Shown here piece by piece: positions 60,401 through 64,000 of a DNA stretch of 64,000 bases. Position 1 is the stretch's first letter, and each line of letters starts with the position of its first letter. Origin of the DNA: Geosiphon pyriformis uo1 (lineage: Eukaryota; Fungi; Glomeromycota); NCBI GenBank assembly GCA_016748015.1, contig JAAOMT010000718.1, positions 186,001-250,000 of the forward strand. Direction: 5' to 3'. The notes beneath the pieces were generated by a model that did no database searches, was not told the origin of the DNA, and saw nothing but the letters and a program-made list of their open reading frames with translations. A program made the translations under genes and the position numbers.

Positions 60401-63018
60401 ACAGAGTAATGACTAATTTTGGCTTGTCAGATGGTTATAGAGTTCATGATGGTTTAGATTAAGGTGAAGTTTTTTTGTCTCTTTTGTGGAGGATTTTTTA
60501 TGATCCACTCTTATGCAAAGTGAAAAGACATGAGCAGTTGTGTAGGTACTACATTGATTCAAAGTTTGTTGTGAAAATGGGCAGGGTCAAAGGTGTTGGT
60601 GGAATAACATGTTATTTCGCAGCTGGCACCTTTGTTGATGATACAATTTGGGTTGAGAATTGTCAAGTCTTTACTCAGTATGCTCTGAAAATTGCCAGTG
60701 AATTCTTCAAGATTAACAATATTTCTATTAATAATGATAAAATGGTGGGTATTTTCATTAATCAGAGTGTTAAAGTTGCCTTTCTAAATATTTGTGGTCA
60801 GCCGATTTCTATTGTCAAAAAGGGCAAAGTACATCATTATCTGGGGATCTTTTTGTCTATGGAGAGATTGTCTAAGCCAAGTATTGCTAAGGCTTATTCA
60901 GATATTTGTTTTTTTGTTAATGTTGTGCTCAGAAAGGCTATTACAGATAAACAGTACTCATACTTGGTTTTTGTTATTTTGCAGCCTATTATTAGCTATT
61001 GAACTCAATTTAGTTATGTCTTATCTGGTGTTTGTTGCAAGTGGAATGTTATGGTTAGGAAAGATCTTAAATTCAAGGCTGGTCTGTCTTGTGATTTCTC
61101 CAATGCTGCTTTGCATCACTTTTCTTTGTATAACTTGAAGACTTTCGAGCAAGTGTAGTCTGAAAGGAAGATTACTGCTCTGATGTTTTTTTCTAATGCC
61201 TCTGGTGTTCTTGGGTGTTTGTTTAATCATAGATTTTTGGACTTGCAGGTTCTTGGTTGGGCTTTTCTGAACCCACTCCAGTTTCCTGTCAAGCTGCATA
61301 TTAGTCCAGTTGACAATTTTTTGGCTGAAATTGTAAAGATTTTTTTGGACAATAAACTTTCTTTGGTAAATAACCTTCCCAATGCCTTTCATAGTCCTGG
61401 TCATTTTTTGATGTTGTTAATTCTTGGAAATTTTTTGTATTTTAATTCTGTCCAATCTCTAAAGAGATTTGGGATTGCTTTTGGTAACTGTCTCTTAAGC
61501 AAGAAGGGTAGTGTGCTTGATTGGAAAACCTTTTGTCACTAGAAGAGATTGGATCCTTGAGGCCTTGTACCTCACTGGTTCTCAATTGCTTCTGAGTTTT
61601 TGTTGGTCCATAGTTCTTTTTCACTCAGCTCTACTGGGTCTGGTCAGTCTGGTGGTTTGAATATTTTAAAGTCTGATGTGTTTTTTGCTGTGAAAGATGA
61701 CTTGCATGATGTTTGGTCTGATTGCTTTAAGGTATACACTGATGGGTCTTTGAAAGGTGCTGGATCTGCTGATGTCATTTGTGGTGCTACTGCATATTTT
61801 CTGGCTTTGGATTTGAGTATTGGAGTTGCAGTTTATGGTCTTTTATTATCTACTCTTGCTAAGTTGCAAGCCATTGCTTTGTTTCTTAAATGTGTTCCAT
61901 CTTCATGTAAGTTAGTTTTGCATATTAATAGTCAGACTGTTATCAACTCTTGCTTGTCAGAACTGTCATCTATTGTGCCTGATTTTTGAAACTGGTGCTG
62001 GTTGAAAAGGCATCATATTTTTAATTTAATTTGGAATAAGGATCTTAAGGTGGTTTGAGTTAAGGTTAAAGGGCATTTTGGTATCTCTGATAATGTTAAG
62101 GCTGATTTGGTGGCTGGGGAGGCTGTTCAGTCTCCTTTTACACTGCTGGTTGAAGTTTGTAAGCAGTTTTTGGTGGCTGAAAATACTGCAGTTTCTGGCA
62201 ACGCTTGTTATTTTGTTAGGGACATTTTCCAGTCTATTAGTTATGCTTACTGGGAGGCTGGATTTGAGTATGGTGTAATTCCTAATGGGCTGGTTGGAAG
62301 TGTGGACTGGATTTCTACTGTAAAAATGTGACATCCCAACTCTCATATACTTGCTGAATTTACTAGTTGGAGTTCTTTGAACTTACATACTTATTTGATG
62401 AAGGCTGTATATAAGCATCTTCCAGTGGTGATTTGAAAAAGATTGTATAATAAGAGGTATTTTGGTGTGCTGTGCTTGCTGTATGGTGAGGTGGAGTTTT
62501 CAGATCATGCCTTTACATGTGCTTAAAATGTAGCTGTTCATAATAAGATTCTGGTTGAGGCTTCTGTCTATTGGGTTTCTGTGGCTGATGTTTGTGATTT
62601 GTCATCTTCCACTATTTTGTGGGCCTGGTCTGTCTGTTTTTTGGATGTTGGCTTGTATTTTATTGTTTGTAAAGGTTTTGTGCTGAATGAGTGATATGAA
62701 AAGGCTCAAAATGTTTTTAATAATAAGAAGCAGACTGTTGGTAAGATTGTCAATTTTGTTAGGTTTGTTATAAAATTGTATTATGTGAAAGTGTGGTTGG
62801 TGAGGTTTGAACACAGAGTGCAGATGGAAAAAGGTGGCATGGTTGTTAATGGGAATGTAATTTCTGGTCTTTTCTGTAGTGTGTCTTTAATATTGTCTAA
62901 CAGGATGGTCAGGTTATTTGGTGTTGTCAAATTTTTTGCTGTTAACTTTGGTTATTGTAGGCTGTGTTGTTTTTTCTCTGGTTTGGATAGCAATGTATAT
63001 GTTAATATAGGTGTGTAG
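57485..63018 (+). pseudogene. LINE ORF2: AP endonuclease, reverse transcriptase, RNase H, C-terminal Cys/His motif
   Basis: APE motifs TCNV, VTETKL, LGGDFN, IDYIFV, DTDH. RT motif FVDDTIW (~60630). RNase H motifs VYTDGS (~61735) and VKGH...NVKAD. C-terminal CLLYGEVEFSDHAFTC. Many in-frame stops. Confidence 0.9.
57715..58552 (-). repeat. Solo LTR of the E family in the LINE endonuclease domain; TSD CTGT
   Basis: Collinear with 709-1563. CTGT at 57711-57714 and 58553-58556. Confidence 0.92.
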
Positions 63019-63157
63019 TGTTGCCTTGACTGGCCCAAATGGCTAGTCACATGTAGTAAATACATGAGTTACGTTTAGTTTAGACCACTTAGTTTGGTTC
63101 TATGTGCTAGATAGCAGTTGGACTTTGCTTGTTAAAATGCTTAATAATAAAAAAAAA

Positions 63158-64000
63158 TACTATAGTTTTGTTTATATTTTTCTTAAAAAAAAATGTTAAT
63201 TTAATAATTTTTTTAAATTTATTTATTAAAAAAAAATTTTTATTTTTGTTATAATAAATCTACTTTTTATTATTAATAAATTAATATTTAATACATAAAA
63301 TTTTTTAATGGATATTTGTATATTTTTTTAATAATTTTAAAGTTAATTTAAATTTATTTATTATCTATATTATAATTCAAATTATTTTAAAAAAAACTAT
63401 TTATTTTGTTAATATTAAAATAGTTTGTTTTAAAAATATTTATTTTTAAATTTAAAAAAGTATTGTTTTTATTATTAGTATTATAATTATTATTAACCAA
63501 TAAAAAATTGTTTATTATTTTATTTAAATTAGTTTTTATATTAAAAAATTGTTTAAAACTATTTAAAAATTTATTTAAATTCAAGTTTAATTTATTATGT
63601 TTAATATTGTTAATAAAAACTTTTTGTTTTTGTTTAAAAGTATTATTTATAAAGCCTGAAAAAAAATTTTTGTTAAATTTTTTTAATTATACTATTATTA
63701 TTAATAATAATAATTAATTTTTAAATAAAAAAATTTAATAAAATTTATATATAAAAAAAAACACAAATAATTTTGTGTAGTTATAAAAATAAAAATAAAA
63801 AAAGTTTGTAAATTGTATTTTTTATATTCTTTAATTTAATTCTAATTATAAAAATATCAAAAAAATTTAATTTATACAATTTGGTTAAATAATAATTAAA
63901 TAATTAATATAAAAATATAAAACAATAATATAATTTACAAAATAATTTATGTAAATTTAAGTTAAATTTTAATTAATAATATTAATAAATTATATAATAC
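63158..64000. other. Extremely AT-rich low-complexity DNA, probably fully decayed repeat
   Basis: Almost no G/C. ORFs here are compositional (N/K/F/L/I-rich). Confidence 0.6.

Larger units (their letters stand above)
14900..63157 (+). mobile_element. LINE-type non-LTR retrotransposon with RNase H, host of the nested stack; own sequence ~14900-16703, 57351-57714, 58553-63157
   Basis: The ORF1 frame rejoins across element A (...GGTVA|GAVSFD...). The ORF2 frame rejoins across the solo LTR (AGMA|VIMDNSLA). A 3' UTR and TAATAATAAAAAAAAA tail lie at ~63142-63157. The 5' boundary is approximate. Confidence 0.9.

Overview
Eukaryotic, AT-rich transposon graveyard with no recognisable host gene, RNA gene or CRISPR. 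The repeat families recall Glomeromycotina fungi such as Geosiphon (my recollection, unverified). The window is a nested stack. A + strand RNase H-bearing LINE (~14900-63157) is split by a - strand Ty3/Gypsy element A (16704-57350). A carries element B (22628-42719, which itself carries element C, 31236-41107), a solo LTR (45273-46245) and element D (46385-56047). To the left are a more decayed - strand LINE, a pogo-like transposase relic, a probable hAT end, several solo LTRs and the 5' end of a fifth Gypsy element (E). All four full-length Gypsy elements share an unusual three-ORF plan. ORF1 encodes an N-terminal helical domain-CA-NC-PR-Cys-rich domain-dUTPase-RT-RNase H (one continuous frame in C and D) and ends in a conserved stop right after RNase H. 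Integrase is a separate, out-of-frame ORF with its own conserved ATG. A non-env ORF3 of ~220 aa follows. All eight recoverable 4-bp target-site duplications are centred on CpG or its deamination products. The U5 regions of the A/C, B and E LTR families carry an inverted copy of their own PBS. All copies appear inactivated, mainly by C>T/G>A transitions.
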